Part shown: positions 32,992 through 43,095 of the stretch, one piece after another
How positions within the stretch are numbered: the first letter of the stretch is position 1
Layout: each line of letters begins with the position of its first letter
From: Candidatus Pampinifervens sinense
GTDB taxonomy: Bacteria; Aquificota; Aquificia; Aquificales; Aquificaceae
Assembly: GCA_037927135.1 (NCBI GenBank)
Contig: JAXSPP010000001.1
Span: forward strand, 192,001 to 256,000
Length of the DNA: 64,000 bases
Direction of reading: 5' to 3'
The notes under the pieces: model-generated
Database searches by the model: none
Seen by the model: only the letters and a program-made list of their open reading frames with translations
What the model was told of the DNA's origin: nothing
Translations under genes and position numbers: made by a program

Positions 32992-33991
32992 GGCCTAACT
33001 CCTTAAGCTTTTCCACTATAAGGTATTTTAGTTTATCAAGGTTTTCACCCGTTATGGCCGAGATGGCCAAAAAGGGATAACCTCTGGAGCTAAACTCTTT
33101 TTCCAACAGACCTACATAGGATCTATCTGTGAGGGCATCCAGCTTAGTGCCCACCACTATCTGTGGCTTTTTTAGCAGGTCTTTGCTATAGCTTTCCATC
33201 TCTTTATTTACCACCTCAAAGGCTCTTATGGGATCTTCGCTCCTTCCATCAGAGATGTCTATAAGGTGCAAGATTAGCTTTGTCCTCTCTATGTGTCTTA
33301 GAAACTCATGACCAAGACCTCTTCCTTGACTTGCACCTTCTATAAGCCCGGGTATATCTGCAAGGACAACCTGAGTTTCTTCATCCACTTCCATTACACC
33401 CAAAACGGGCGAAAGGGTTGTAAAGGGATAATCCGCTATCTTTGGCCTTGCCTTTGTAAGCCTTGATATGAGAGTAGATTTCCCCGCGTTTGGAAGGCCA
33501 ACAAGACCCACATCGGCTATAAGCTTTAGCTCAAGTATGAGCCATTTTTCCTCTCCCTTTTCTCCCTTCTCCGCATACCTGGGCGTTTGATTTGTAGGCG
33601 TAGCAAAGCGAGCATTTCCCCTTCCACCCCTTCCACCCCTTGCCACTACACACCTCTGACCATCCTCCACAAGATCGCATATCACCTGTCCCGTTTCCGC
33701 ATCTATAACTACAGTGCCCACAGGCACATAGATGATGAGATCTTCACCGTTTTTACCATGCTGGTTTTTACCCTTTCCATGTTCTCCTCTTTGTGCTCTA
33801 AAGTGTGCCTGAAATTTAAAGTCGTAAAGGGTATGTTTACGGCTTGTGGCCACCAAGATAACATCTCCACCCTTTCCCCCATCACCACCCGCTGGTCCAC
33901 CAAAGGGCCTATACTTCTCCCTTAAGAAGGCTACAGCACCATCTCCACCATCTCCAGCCTTGACATAGATCTTTACCCTATCAACGAACAT
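32924..33991 (-). CDS. obgE: GTPase ObgE/CgtA
   Basis: MFVD, Gly-rich Obg fold, GLPNAGKST, DYPFTTL and DIPG. Confidence 0.97.
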   Translation of the reverse strand: MFVDRVKIYVKAGDGGDGAVAFLREKYRPFGGPAGGDGGKGGDVILVATSRKHTLYDFKFQAHFRAQRGEHGKGKNQHGKNGEDLIIYVPVGTVVIDAETGQVICDLVEDGQRCVVARGGRGGRGNARFATPTNQTPRYAEKGEKGEEKWLILELKLIADVGLVGLPNAGKSTLISRLTKARPKIADYPFTTLSPVLGVMEVDEETQVVLADIPGLIEGASQGRGLGHEFLRHIERTKLILHLIDISDGRSEDPIRAFEVVNKEMESYSKDLLKKPQIVVGTKLDALTDRSYVGLLEKEFSSRGYPFLAISAITGENLDKLKYLIVEKLKELGHEAFRKVQHIPKPPTACGDRAG

Positions 33992-34020
33992 AAAGTTAAG
34001 TATATGCTATAATTGAAGGC

Positions 34021-34656
34021 ATGAAAAGAGCGATGCTATACCTATTAGCAGTTCTAAGCCTTTTTAGCACTTCTTATGCCCAGCAGGCAAACATCTTCCT
34101 CACACCAGAGAGGGCAAACGCCCGCATAAACGCCAGCGTGGAGATAGCAAAACTACTCAAGGCTATGGGCTATAACCGCATAGCGGTGGTGTATATGGAG
34201 AGTGCAGACCTTTGTGCCCTCTTTGCTGCTTCTTTAGTGGCATCTTTGAAAAGCCTCGGGATAGAAGCCTACTATGTGAAGGGTGGTGAGGGTTTGGAAA
34301 ACAGGCTAAAGCTAATAGAGCCTTTTTATGTCTACATGGCCTACTACGGAGAAAGACCCCATGAGGAAGTGCAATCTCAACTCAACCAAGACCTTAAAAG
34401 AGTACTTGCATATAATCCAAAACCAAGCCTCATACTTCAGGCTCCGCTGCTTGGCTTTGGCTTTGTGAGCGGTCTGCTGGCAGACGAAGAGCTATCTTCC
34501 AAGCTTGAAAACCTCCCCATGCTAAGCTTTGTCTTTGAGGAAGGAAAGCCAAAGCCCGCAAGGGTAGTTATTAAGGACTTTGAAGTAAAGGTTTCCATCT
34601 TGGAACCGAAGCCTTCTGAAACCAAACCTACTAAGACCCAAAGAAGAAAGAAGTGA
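34021..34656 (+). CDS. Hypothetical secreted protein
   Basis: Signal peptide (SYA|Q); coupled to apbE. Confidence 0.6.
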   Translation: MKRAMLYLLAVLSLFSTSYAQQANIFLTPERANARINASVEIAKLLKAMGYNRIAVVYMESADLCALFAASLVASLKSLGIEAYYVKGGEGLENRLKLIEPFYVYMAYYGERPHEEVQSQLNQDLKRVLAYNPKPSLILQAPLLGFGFVSGLLADEELSSKLENLPMLSFVFEEGKPKPARVVIKDFEVKVSILEPKPSETKPTKTQRRKK

Positions 34657-35528
34657 AACTGCTTATACTTTTAGCTTTCATCTCCCTCTCCTTTTCTCAA
34701 GAGAAGCTTTTCCATCTTATGGGTACCTATGCACTCATAGAACTCCCAGAGGGCAAAGAATACCAGGCCTATAGGTATATGAGAAGCCTTGAGGAGAAGC
34801 TATCAGACTATATGGAAAACTCGGAGATATTAAGGATAAATAAGAGTGCTGGCCTTGGCTGTGAAAAGGCCTCAGAGGAGACCCTTGAGGTGATCAAAAA
34901 AGCCCTTGAAATCTCTAAAAAAACCTATGGCTTTTTTGATATAACGGTTGGTGCCTACACCATAAACTACAGAAGGAAAGGGCTAATAGGTGAAGAGGAG
35001 GCAAAAAGGCTAATAGACTACAGAAAGGTAAAAGTAGAAGATGATAGGGTTTGTCTTTTGGAGAAGGGTATGGCCATAGACCTTGGGGGCATAGGTAAAG
35101 GTTATGCAGTGCAAAAGGTCTATGAGAGGTTTAAAACACCTTGGGGCTTTATCTCCATAGCTGGAGACCTAAGGGTGTGGGGCCACAAAAGGCTTCTTGC
35201 CATCTTTAACCCTATAAACAACAGCCTTCTTGCCGAAGGCTACAACTCAAAGGACCTGTGCCTTTCCACTGGAGGCAACTACCTTAGAAAACACATAATA
35301 GGAAAGGAAAACAGCCTTCTTCAGGCAACGGTGGCATACCACGATTGCACCATAACGGACGCCTTAGAGACAGCCCTATTGGCAATGGACGATGAGAGCA
35401 GAGAAAGGTTCATAAGAGAAAACCCACATATAGGAGTGTTCTTGCTTTTTAAAGATGGAAGCTTTTTTATAAACAGGGCCTTTATGGAATACTTTGAAAG
35501 CCTTAAGATATACCCAGCAAGTCCTTAA
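34653..35528 (+). CDS. apbE: FAD:protein FMN transferase
   Basis: MGT, FDITVG, DLGGIGKGYA and STGGNY. Confidence 0.88.
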   Translation: MKLLILLAFISLSFSQEKLFHLMGTYALIELPEGKEYQAYRYMRSLEEKLSDYMENSEILRINKSAGLGCEKASEETLEVIKKALEISKKTYGFFDITVGAYTINYRRKGLIGEEEAKRLIDYRKVKVEDDRVCLLEKGMAIDLGGIGKGYAVQKVYERFKTPWGFISIAGDLRVWGHKRLLAIFNPINNSLLAEGYNSKDLCLSTGGNYLRKHIIGKENSLLQATVAYHDCTITDALETALLAMDDESRERFIRENPHIGVFLLFKDGSFFINRAFMEYFESLKIYPASP

Positions 35529-36609
35529 AAAGCTCCTCATACTTATCCACAGTCCTTTCTATGGAATATTGCTGTGCCGTCTCTATGGCTCTCTTTGAAA
35601 GTCTTTCCCTTTCCTCCTCCGAAAGGTCAAGGGCCCTTTTTAACCTATCCACAAAGCCCTCAAGGTCTCCCACATCTACCGCAAAGCCATTTTCTCCATC
35701 CTTCAAGTAATCCCTTATACCACCCGCAAGAGTGGATATGACCACCTTACCGCAAGCCATAGCTTGAAGTAGGGCTCCAGCAATACCCTCAAAGTAGGAG
35801 GAAAAGACAAAGTAATCCGCCATGTTGAGGAGTTCTGGCACATCCTCTCTAAAGCCAAGGCCTATAAGCCTTTCACCAAGGCCGTACCTTTGGGCATACT
35901 TGGGCGCTTCTTTGTCTGTATTTATGCCTACCAGAAGGAGAAGGCACTGCGGGCAGTTTAGCCTACGAAAGGCTTCTATAAGAAAAGGCTGGCCCTTATG
36001 TTGTGGGTTCCAGTTAGCCACGTTTATAAAGACCTTTTTGTTTGGGTCTATACCAAGCTCCCTTCTCTTTGCCAAAGCCATCTCCTTACCCATAGGCTTG
36101 AACCTACTAAGGTCAAGACCGCTTGGTATATAAACCAGCTTCTCTGGAAAAAAGCCATCTTCTTTTAACCTTTCAAAGGTTGCCCTATCAACCACCACTA
36201 TCCTATCCGCAAAAGAATACTTGAAAAGCTTGGAAAAAAAGTTGGACCCTCTTCCAGTCCTTTTGTAGGCCACAAGCTTTGGCTTAGTTTTAAGAAAACT
36301 CATGGCAGTCCTTACAAAATCAAGGGCATGTGGAGAATTGGCTATCACTATGTCAAAGTTCTCCTCTCTCATTATCTTCCAAAGCCTGTAGTAGTTAAAA
36401 GGGTGAAACCTTGAGAGTTTATTATGGTTCTCAAAAAAATGAAGCTTTACATCATAACCCTTTAACTTGCTTACCATAAGGTCATACTGGAAGGAGAGGG
36501 CCATATGAACCCTAAAGCCCCTTTTGGATAGCTCCCTTGTTATGAGGTAGGTCTGCTCCTTTGTGCCGCCCCAACCTACACCGTCCACCACTTGCAGTAG
36601 CTTAACCAT
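35503..36609 (-). CDS. Glycosyltransferase family 4
   Basis: GWGGT, QHKGQ, GFREDV and EGIAGALLQAMACG. Start at MVKLLQ. Confidence 0.88.
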   Translation of the reverse strand: MVKLLQVVDGVGWGGTKEQTYLITRELSKRGFRVHMALSFQYDLMVSKLKGYDVKLHFFENHNKLSRFHPFNYYRLWKIMREENFDIVIANSPHALDFVRTAMSFLKTKPKLVAYKRTGRGSNFFSKLFKYSFADRIVVVDRATFERLKEDGFFPEKLVYIPSGLDLSRFKPMGKEMALAKRRELGIDPNKKVFINVANWNPQHKGQPFLIEAFRRLNCPQCLLLLVGINTDKEAPKYAQRYGLGERLIGLGFREDVPELLNMADYFVFSSYFEGIAGALLQAMACGKVVISTLAGGIRDYLKDGENGFAVDVGDLEGFVDRLKRALDLSEEERERLSKRAIETAQQYSIERTVDKYEELFKDLLGIS

Positions 36610-37513
36610 CCACCTTCTTTTTGACCACCAAAGAGGCCACTGCGGATACAAAGATGGCACTACCAATCAAAAGTAAGGAGACCTCTGCGGGTATCTTATA
36701 AAAGTCTGAGAGGATCATCTTTACACCGATAAATCCAAGGATAAAGGAAAGGCCGTAGTGTAGGTAGTGGAAAAGGGGCAGAATGCCTGCGGCGGCAAAG
36801 TAAAGGGATCTGAGGCCCAGTATGGCAAAGATGTTGGAAGTGTATACCACAAAGGGGTCTCTTGATATGGCTAATATGGCGGGCACCGAATCTATGGCAA
36901 ACATAATATCTGAACTTTCTACAAAGAGAAGGGCAAGGAACAATGGAGTGGCATAAATCTTTTTGCCTTCCCTTATGAAAAACTTACCATCTGCGCTGTT
37001 AGGCCTTAGAGGAATGACCCTCTTGGCTATCCTATAAACAAGGGTTTCCTCCGGGTGAAACTCCTTCTCCTCCGTGGTCAAAAGCTTTATAGCTGATATG
37101 ATAAGTATTATTCCAAAGACGTAGACCATCCAATGAAAGTGTTTTATCAGCTCAAGACCTGTAAAGATGAAGATGGCTCTAAAGACTATGGCACCCAAAA
37201 CGCCCCAAAAGAGGACCTTATGCCTATATTCTTCCGGTATCTTAAAATAGGAGAAGATAAGTATAAAGACAAAGATGTTGTCAAGGCTCAAAGACTTTTC
37301 AAGGAGGTAGCCAGTAAGGTATTCTACCGTTCTGTCATAGCCCCTTGTATAATACACAAAACCTGCAAAGGCAAGCCCAATGGCTATCCAAAAGGCGGAA
37401 AGCCATAGAGACTCCTTTATGGATATCTTGTGAGGATGTCTATGAAAGACAAAAAGGTCCAAAAAGAGGGCGACAAGCACCACAGTTCCAAAGACAAGCC
37501 AGCTTAGCTCCAT
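36602..37513 (-). CDS. TerC/Alx family membrane protein
   Basis: EKSLSLDNIFVF, FAIDSVPA and SNIFAILGLRSLYF. Confidence 0.92.
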   Translation of the reverse strand: MELSWLVFGTVVLVALFLDLFVFHRHPHKISIKESLWLSAFWIAIGLAFAGFVYYTRGYDRTVEYLTGYLLEKSLSLDNIFVFILIFSYFKIPEEYRHKVLFWGVLGAIVFRAIFIFTGLELIKHFHWMVYVFGIILIISAIKLLTTEEKEFHPEETLVYRIAKRVIPLRPNSADGKFFIREGKKIYATPLFLALLFVESSDIMFAIDSVPAILAISRDPFVVYTSNIFAILGLRSLYFAAAGILPLFHYLHYGLSFILGFIGVKMILSDFYKIPAEVSLLLIGSAIFVSAVASLVVKKKVDG

Positions 37514-37521
37514 GCTCTCAA

Positions 37522-38466
37522 TTATACCACGCTACTCTTTATAAAGTCTATGACCCTTACTGGCAATGGGTCCTGCCCATATAGCTCCGCCAAGTAAAGG
37601 CTTGTCCAATCGCCAAGATAGGTAAGATAAAGAAGTCTTTCCATTAAATTCTGCCCTTCTCCTTCTATAACCTTTAGAACCACTCCCAGCTCTTTAAAAA
37701 TAGACTCTGTTATCTCAACCCTTTTTATCACCCTTGGATGATCCTGTGGGTCATAGAGTAAAAGAAAGCTACATAGGCTCCTTATCTGCGGGTTGTCTAG
37801 GCCCACCACCTCGTTATGATGCATCTCTGGAAGACAGGCGTTATAACAGAGGGTTTTTGAATTTTCGTTTATCTGGGTCTTCCACCTAAAGGCCACTGGC
37901 TCTGTAAGGGGTGTGCCATAAACCACGGGAAGGTAAGAAAAGAAAGATTGGGCTATGCCCTTTGCCTCCGACTTTATCCTTTCCTTCTGTGCTTTAAGAT
38001 GCTCTCCTATTCTTTCTACCTCTTCCTTCATTCCAAAAAGGCACATAAGGGCAGAAAGCATAAAGCCAAGGGCATACCTTGGTGCGTACCCTGTGGGCAA
38101 AGGAATATGCATTAGACCTTCCCTTTGGGCTATCTCCTTTATCTTTCCACCCGAGCTTACACATATAGGTTTTAGACCCTTTTTTAAAGCCTCCTCAAGC
38201 ACGCTTATGGTCTCTTCCGTGTTTCCACTGTAGCTTGTGCAAACCAGCAACCAACCTTTTTTAATAAAGGGTGGAAGCTCATAACCCCTTAGGGAAAGCA
38301 CAGGCCTGTCTGTTTTCAAAAAGGTTCTCATAAAGTCCCCCACTATGCCAGACCCTCCCATGCCACTGAAGGCCACACCTTCATAATCTTCAAGGTTTAT
38401 AGTTTCGACCTCAACCACTTTAAACTGTTCTGGAAAGCTCTCCAGCATATCCAAGGCATCCATCAT
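37522..38466 (-). CDS. Bifunctional phosphoglucose/phosphomannose isomerase
   Basis: GMGGSG, SYSGNTEET, RWKTQINENSK and PEMHHNE. Confidence 0.92.
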   Translation of the reverse strand: MMDALDMLESFPEQFKVVEVETINLEDYEGVAFSGMGGSGIVGDFMRTFLKTDRPVLSLRGYELPPFIKKGWLLVCTSYSGNTEETISVLEEALKKGLKPICVSSGGKIKEIAQREGLMHIPLPTGYAPRYALGFMLSALMCLFGMKEEVERIGEHLKAQKERIKSEAKGIAQSFFSYLPVVYGTPLTEPVAFRWKTQINENSKTLCYNACLPEMHHNEVVGLDNPQIRSLCSFLLLYDPQDHPRVIKRVEITESIFKELGVVLKVIEGEGQNLMERLLYLTYLGDWTSLYLAELYGQDPLPVRVIDFIKSSVV

Positions 38467-38499
38467 CCTTGACCTCCTTTAATCTTTGCTAAAATTATA

Positions 38500-39378
38500 A
38501 TGGTGGTAAGTGTAATCATTCCACTCTATAACGGTGAGAGGTTTATTAGAAAAACTATACAATCTGTTTTAAATCAAACCTATAAAGATGTGGAAGTTGT
38601 TATAGTAGATGACTGTTCTACAGACAATTCTAAGGAAGTCATTTTTAATGAATTTGGTGATCTTATAGGGAAAAAGATAATTTATGTGAGAAACCAGAAA
38701 AATATGGAAAGGTCCTACACCAGAAATAAAGGCTTTGAAGTTAGCAAAGGGGAGTATATTTTCTTTTTGGATCAAGACGATGAATGGGAAGAAGACTACA
38801 TTGAAAGTTCTTTGAAAGAGCTTGAAAAACATCATATTGTATATTCTGTGCCAAGAACTTTTATAGATCAAGGCTCAAGGGTAATAAGAGTATCAAAGAA
38901 AAGGATTCCAGAGGACGTTGGGAAGTTAATATTCTCTGGCCAGATTGGCTATCCTTCCGCAAGCGCCTTTAGAAGGGAAGCTTTCTTAGGTTATAGAGAT
39001 GAGGCATCATACCGAGATGATTGGGAAATATACATAAGAAGCTATCTTTCTGGCCTAAAGATAAAGGTGCTTGATAACAACAAGGTTAGGATAAGGGAGC
39101 ATCCCTACAGGAGCAGTAAAAATATGAGAAAATTCTTCCTTGCCACTATGAAAGTTTATCAAGAATACAAAGAAAGGGTGCCTTTGGAGTATAAAAAGGA
39201 TTTTTTGTTTCATATGGCTGATATTAGCTTCCGTGCAGGAAACCTTCCCCTTGGCTGGAAGTTCTTTTTTGAATCTTTGAGCCTTGAGGTGATGAAAAAT
39301 CCGAGGAACATTCTTACCCTTCTGAAGCGCGGCTTTAGGATAGATAGGTATGTGGATTATTTGAGAGAGGGTATATAA
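38500..39378 (+). CDS. Glycosyltransferase family 2
   Basis: SVIIPLYN, DDCSTD and FLDQDD. Confidence 0.9.
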   Translation: MVVSVIIPLYNGERFIRKTIQSVLNQTYKDVEVVIVDDCSTDNSKEVIFNEFGDLIGKKIIYVRNQKNMERSYTRNKGFEVSKGEYIFFLDQDDEWEEDYIESSLKELEKHHIVYSVPRTFIDQGSRVIRVSKKRIPEDVGKLIFSGQIGYPSASAFRREAFLGYRDEASYRDDWEIYIRSYLSGLKIKVLDNNKVRIREHPYRSSKNMRKFFLATMKVYQEYKERVPLEYKKDFLFHMADISFRAGNLPLGWKFFFESLSLEVMKNPRNILTLLKRGFRIDRYVDYLREGI

Positions 39379-39386
39379 TTAAAACT

Positions 39387-39737
39387 ATGAAGAAATTTTT
39401 AGTCTTAGTATTCCTACTGGGATTTATTGCTTCCTCCTTTCCTCGTGAAACAAGTTTGGAGCTTAAGGTTGAACGATTTGATGTAAAGTTGGAAGAGGGC
39501 TTTAAGGCAGTCAATCAGAGAATGGATGATATGAATAAGAGGATTGACGATATAAATAGGAGGATTGACGATACAAACAAAAGGATTGATGACCTTCAGA
39601 CTATAATGCTTTGGGGCTTTGGTGTGCTTTTTAGCGGTATGGGAATTCTTATAGGTCTTGTAATTTGGGATAGAAGGACAGCCATTTCGCCCGTAGTTAA
39701 GAAGGCTAAAGACCTTAATCTTAAAATTGCCTTATAA
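39387..39737 (+). CDS. Small membrane-anchored heptad-repeat coiled-coil protein (possibly truncated)
   Basis: Signal-like N-terminus, four R[MI]DDxxx heptads and a C-terminal TM followed by WDRRTA. Confidence 0.6.
   Translation: MKKFLVLVFLLGFIASSFPRETSLELKVERFDVKLEEGFKAVNQRMDDMNKRIDDINRRIDDTNKRIDDLQTIMLWGFGVLFSGMGILIGLVIWDRRTAISPVVKKAKDLNLKIAL
39519..39602 (+). repeat. Four degenerate 21-bp tandem repeats
   Basis: AGAATGGATGATATGAATAAG / AGGATTGACGATATAAATAGG / AGGATTGACGATACAAACAAA / AGGATTGATGACCTTCAGACT. Confidence 0.85.
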
Positions 39738-39744
39738 TAGCTTT

Positions 39745-40920
39745 ATGCTTGCAAAGAGAGTCTCCCACATAAAGCCAGCGCCTACCCTTGCCCTCACAGC
39801 CAAAGTAAATCAGTTAAAAGCTCAAGGTGTGGATATAATAGGCTTTGGTGCCGGTGAGCCAGACTTTGACACACCAGACTTTATAAAGGAAGCCTGTATA
39901 AAGGCTTTAAAGGATGGCAAGACTAAATATGCGCCTTCCGCAGGCCTGCCTGAACTGAGAGAGGCCATCGCAGAAAAGCTTTTGAAGGAAAACTCCGTAG
40001 AGTATAAGCCTTCGGAGATTGTGGTAACAGCGGGTGCCAAGATGGCCCTCTTTTTGGTCATGCTTGCCGTCCTTGAAGAGGGAGATGAGGTATTGCTTCC
40101 CTCACCCTACTGGGTTAGCTACCCAGAGCAGATACTTTTATGTGGTGCCAAGGTGGTGGAAGTGCCGCTAAAGGAAGAGGAAGGCTTTGTGCTAAAAGCT
40201 GATATGCTAAAGGATTACATAACACCAAGGACCAAGATGCTAATACTCAACTCACCTTCCAACCCAACGGGTGCGGTGGTGCCGGAAGAAGAACAAAGAA
40301 AGATAGCCCAGCTTTGTCTTGAAAGGGGTATATTTTTGGTCTCCGATGAGTGCTACGAGGCCTTTCTCTACGATGGTGAGAGGTTTGTGAGCCCAGCCAG
40401 CTTTTCAAAGGAGGTAAGAGAAATTACTTTTACCATAAATGCCTTTTCAAAGACCTTTTCTATGACAGGCTGGAGGGTGGGATATGTGGCCTGCCCAGAA
40501 AAGTATGCCAAAGTGATAGCGGACCTAAACAGCCAAAGCATATCTAATGCCACCACCTTTGCCCAGTATGGGGCCCTAGAGGCCCTAAAAAACCCAAAAG
40601 CTAAGGAGTTTGTGGAGAATATGAGAAGGACCTTTGAAAGGCGAAGGGATCTAGCTTATGAACTTCTGAAGGAAATACCAAAGGTGAGCGTGGTAAAGCC
40701 CAAGGGGGCCTTTTATATATTTCCAAACCTCAAGGCCTACTCTGAGAAGCTTGGCTCCGACCTGAGGCTTGCGGACTACCTTATAGAAAAGGGAAGAGTT
40801 GCTGGCGTGCCAGGCTCTGCCTTTGGTGCAGAAGGATACTTGAGGCTTTCTTACTGTGTTTCAGAGGACCACATAAAGGAAGGCATAAAAAGGTTAGGAG
40901 AAGCCCTAGCCCTGCTTTAG
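39745..40920 (+). CDS. aspC: Aspartate aminotransferase (class I PLP enzyme)
   Basis: GAGEPDF, NSPSNPTG, DECY and FSKTFSMTGWRVG. Confidence 0.9.
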   Translation: MLAKRVSHIKPAPTLALTAKVNQLKAQGVDIIGFGAGEPDFDTPDFIKEACIKALKDGKTKYAPSAGLPELREAIAEKLLKENSVEYKPSEIVVTAGAKMALFLVMLAVLEEGDEVLLPSPYWVSYPEQILLCGAKVVEVPLKEEEGFVLKADMLKDYITPRTKMLILNSPSNPTGAVVPEEEQRKIAQLCLERGIFLVSDECYEAFLYDGERFVSPASFSKEVREITFTINAFSKTFSMTGWRVGYVACPEKYAKVIADLNSQSISNATTFAQYGALEALKNPKAKEFVENMRRTFERRRDLAYELLKEIPKVSVVKPKGAFYIFPNLKAYSEKLGSDLRLADYLIEKGRVAGVPGSAFGAEGYLRLSYCVSEDHIKEGIKRLGEALALL

Positions 40921-40938
40921 GTGCTATAATTAAATCTT

Positions 40939-41490
40939 ATGGAAGAAATGGAAAAGAAAGAGGAAGCTTTAGAACAGACAGCGGAAGCACCTGTAGAGGA
41001 TGAAAAGGATATTAGGATAAAGGAGCTGGAAGAGAAGGTTTTAAAGCTTGAGAATACCGCAAGGGTTATAAACCAAAGATACATGGAGCTTCAAAGGGAG
41101 ACAGAATACCTCAAGGAAAGATACAGGAGAGATCTTGAGGAGCTAAGAAAGTATGGCCATGAAAAGCTTGCCCTTGACCTCCTTGAGATAGTGGATAACT
41201 TTGAAAGGGCCTTCCAGTATGAGGGTACAGACTTGGAGGGCTTTAAAAGGGGCTTTGAACTCATATACAAAGAACTACTTAGAATACTGGAAAAGCATGG
41301 CATAAGGCCTATGGAACTGGAAGGGAAGGAGTTTGACCCATACCTTGCAGAGGCTGTGGATAAAGAATACAATCAAGATGTGCCACCCAATACTATAATA
41401 AGGGTTGAAAGGAAGGGCTATATGCTGTACGACAAGGTTTTAAGGCCCGCAAGGGTGGTAGTATCTTACTACGAAGAGGAAATTACCTGA
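40939..41490 (+). CDS. grpE: Nucleotide exchange factor GrpE
   Basis: DNFERA, FDPYLAEAV and KGYMLYDKVLRPARVVV. Confidence 0.95.
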   Translation: MEEMEKKEEALEQTAEAPVEDEKDIRIKELEEKVLKLENTARVINQRYMELQRETEYLKERYRRDLEELRKYGHEKLALDLLEIVDNFERAFQYEGTDLEGFKRGFELIYKELLRILEKHGIRPMELEGKEFDPYLAEAVDKEYNQDVPPNTIIRVERKGYMLYDKVLRPARVVVSYYEEEIT

Positions 41491-41681
41491 TGGAGCTAAG
41501 ATTTAAGGATTTTTATAGAAAGCTTACACCTTTTAAGGATGAGAGTATGGAACAGCTCCTTGAGGAGCAGGTAAACCAATGGATAAAACTGAATAAGCCT
41601 AAGATAGTCAGCGTGGAAACCCTTTGGGAAAGGAATTCGCATGTCTCGGTGGGGATAAGGATATGGTATATCCAGGAATAA
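41490..41681 (+). CDS. Hypothetical 63-aa protein
   Basis: TGATG coupling to grpE with an upstream GAGG. Confidence 0.6.
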   Translation: MELRFKDFYRKLTPFKDESMEQLLEEQVNQWIKLNKPKIVSVETLWERNSHVSVGIRIWYIQE

Positions 41682-42175
41682 GGAGAAGGGCATGCATATT
41701 TATTGATGGACCAAACTTTTATTTTATACAGAAGAACATACTCCATCAAAGGATTGACCTTGTAAAGCTTGTAAACTACTTCAAAGTGGAGTTTGACATA
41801 TACAACACCTTTTTTTATCTTGCCTACAGGGAAGGGGATGAAAAGCAGGAAGACTTTGTAAAGACCTTAATCTTTAGCGGTATAACCGTGGTGAAAAAAC
41901 CCATAAAACAGCTAAAGGATGGTACATATAAGGGTGATATTGATGTGGATCTAACTATAGATGCCCTCTTGACAAGGGATAACTACCATACGGCCATACT
42001 TTGCACAGGCGATGGGGACTTTGAAAGGCTTGTGTGGACCTTAAGGAACTTTGGCAAAGAAATAATATGCCTTTCTACAAAGGAGGCCACGGCCGTTGAG
42101 CTTGTAAACGCCTGCGACAGATACATAGACCTAAGGGACCTCCTACCTCTTGTAAAGCTGGAGGAAAGGGAATGA
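41663..42175 (+). CDS. NYN domain (LabA/DUF88) protein
   Basis: FIDGPN, KGDIDVDL, TGDGDF and ELVNACDRYIDL. Confidence 0.9.
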   Translation: MVYPGIRRRACIFIDGPNFYFIQKNILHQRIDLVKLVNYFKVEFDIYNTFFYLAYREGDEKQEDFVKTLIFSGITVVKKPIKQLKDGTYKGDIDVDLTIDALLTRDNYHTAILCTGDGDFERLVWTLRNFGKEIICLSTKEATAVELVNACDRYIDLRDLLPLVKLEERE

Positions 42176-43095
42176 ACTTTTTGATAGTGGGTGTGGGTGC
42201 CCTTGGGAGCACCTACCTTGCCTTTTTAAGCAAGGCTGGACACAGGGCTGTGGGGCTTTTAAAGAAGGGAAGGAGTCTAAACAGAATAAGGGTGGAGGGC
42301 CTATGGGGAGAGTTTGAACAAGAGGTAAAAGCCATAGACTCTTTGGAACTTCTTGACTTTGAACCAGACCTAATAATCCTTACAGTGAAGAGCTATGACA
42401 CAGAGAGGGCTTTGAAGGATATAGAGCCTTTAAGCAAAGGGAAAAGCCTTTTGATGGTAGCCCAAAACGGCTATGGCAACTACGAGAAGGCTGTAAAGTA
42501 TTTTGGAAAGGGTAAAGTTATTCTCTCTAGGGTAATCTTTGGTGCCAAGCTTTTGGAGTGGGGCCATGTGAGGATAACGGTGTGCGCCGATGATGTGGTG
42601 ATAGGAGACCCTTCTGGCATTTTGGAAGAAGGATTTTTGAAAGATCTGGCAGACCTTTTTTCCAAGGCTGGCATACCCACAAGGTATGAGAAGGAGGTTT
42701 ATAAATACCTCTGGGACAAGATACTATATAACTGCGCCTTGAACCCTCTTGGAGCCCTCTTTGAAAGAAGCTACGGAGACCTTGCAAAGAATCCATACAC
42801 AAAGGAGATTATGGACAGGATAATAGAGGAGGCCTTTGAGGTCCTAAGGGCAAACTCCATAGAGACCTTTTGGAAGGACCCAGAAGATTACAAAAGGCAC
42901 TTTTATGAGAGGCTCATACCGCCAACGACGGACCACTTCCCTTCCATGCTGGAGGATGTAAAGAGGGGCAAAACGGAGATAGACGCCTTAAACGGTGCCT
43001 TGGTAGAGCTTGCAAAGGAAAAGGGAATAAGGGTGCCTACAAACGAGATGATAGTAAAGCTTATAAAAGCGAAGGAAAGGTTTAATCTACCTTAA
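42172..43095 (+). CDS. panE: 2-dehydropantoate 2-reductase
   Basis: GVGALG, VKSYDT, QNG, WDKILYN, SMLED and TEIDALNG. Confidence 0.92.
   Translation: MNFLIVGVGALGSTYLAFLSKAGHRAVGLLKKGRSLNRIRVEGLWGEFEQEVKAIDSLELLDFEPDLIILTVKSYDTERALKDIEPLSKGKSLLMVAQNGYGNYEKAVKYFGKGKVILSRVIFGAKLLEWGHVRITVCADDVVIGDPSGILEEGFLKDLADLFSKAGIPTRYEKEVYKYLWDKILYNCALNPLGALFERSYGDLAKNPYTKEIMDRIIEEAFEVLRANSIETFWKDPEDYKRHFYERLIPPTTDHFPSMLEDVKRGKTEIDALNGALVELAKEKGIRVPTNEMIVKLIKAKERFNLP

Noticed and set aside
34021-34656. Secreted protein as the ApbE flavinylation substrate
   Set aside because: No [ST]GA[ST] flavinylation motif in the protein.
39519-39602. 21-bp repeats as a CRISPR-like array
   Set aside because: The units are contiguous, in-frame coding heptads with no spacers and no cas genes.
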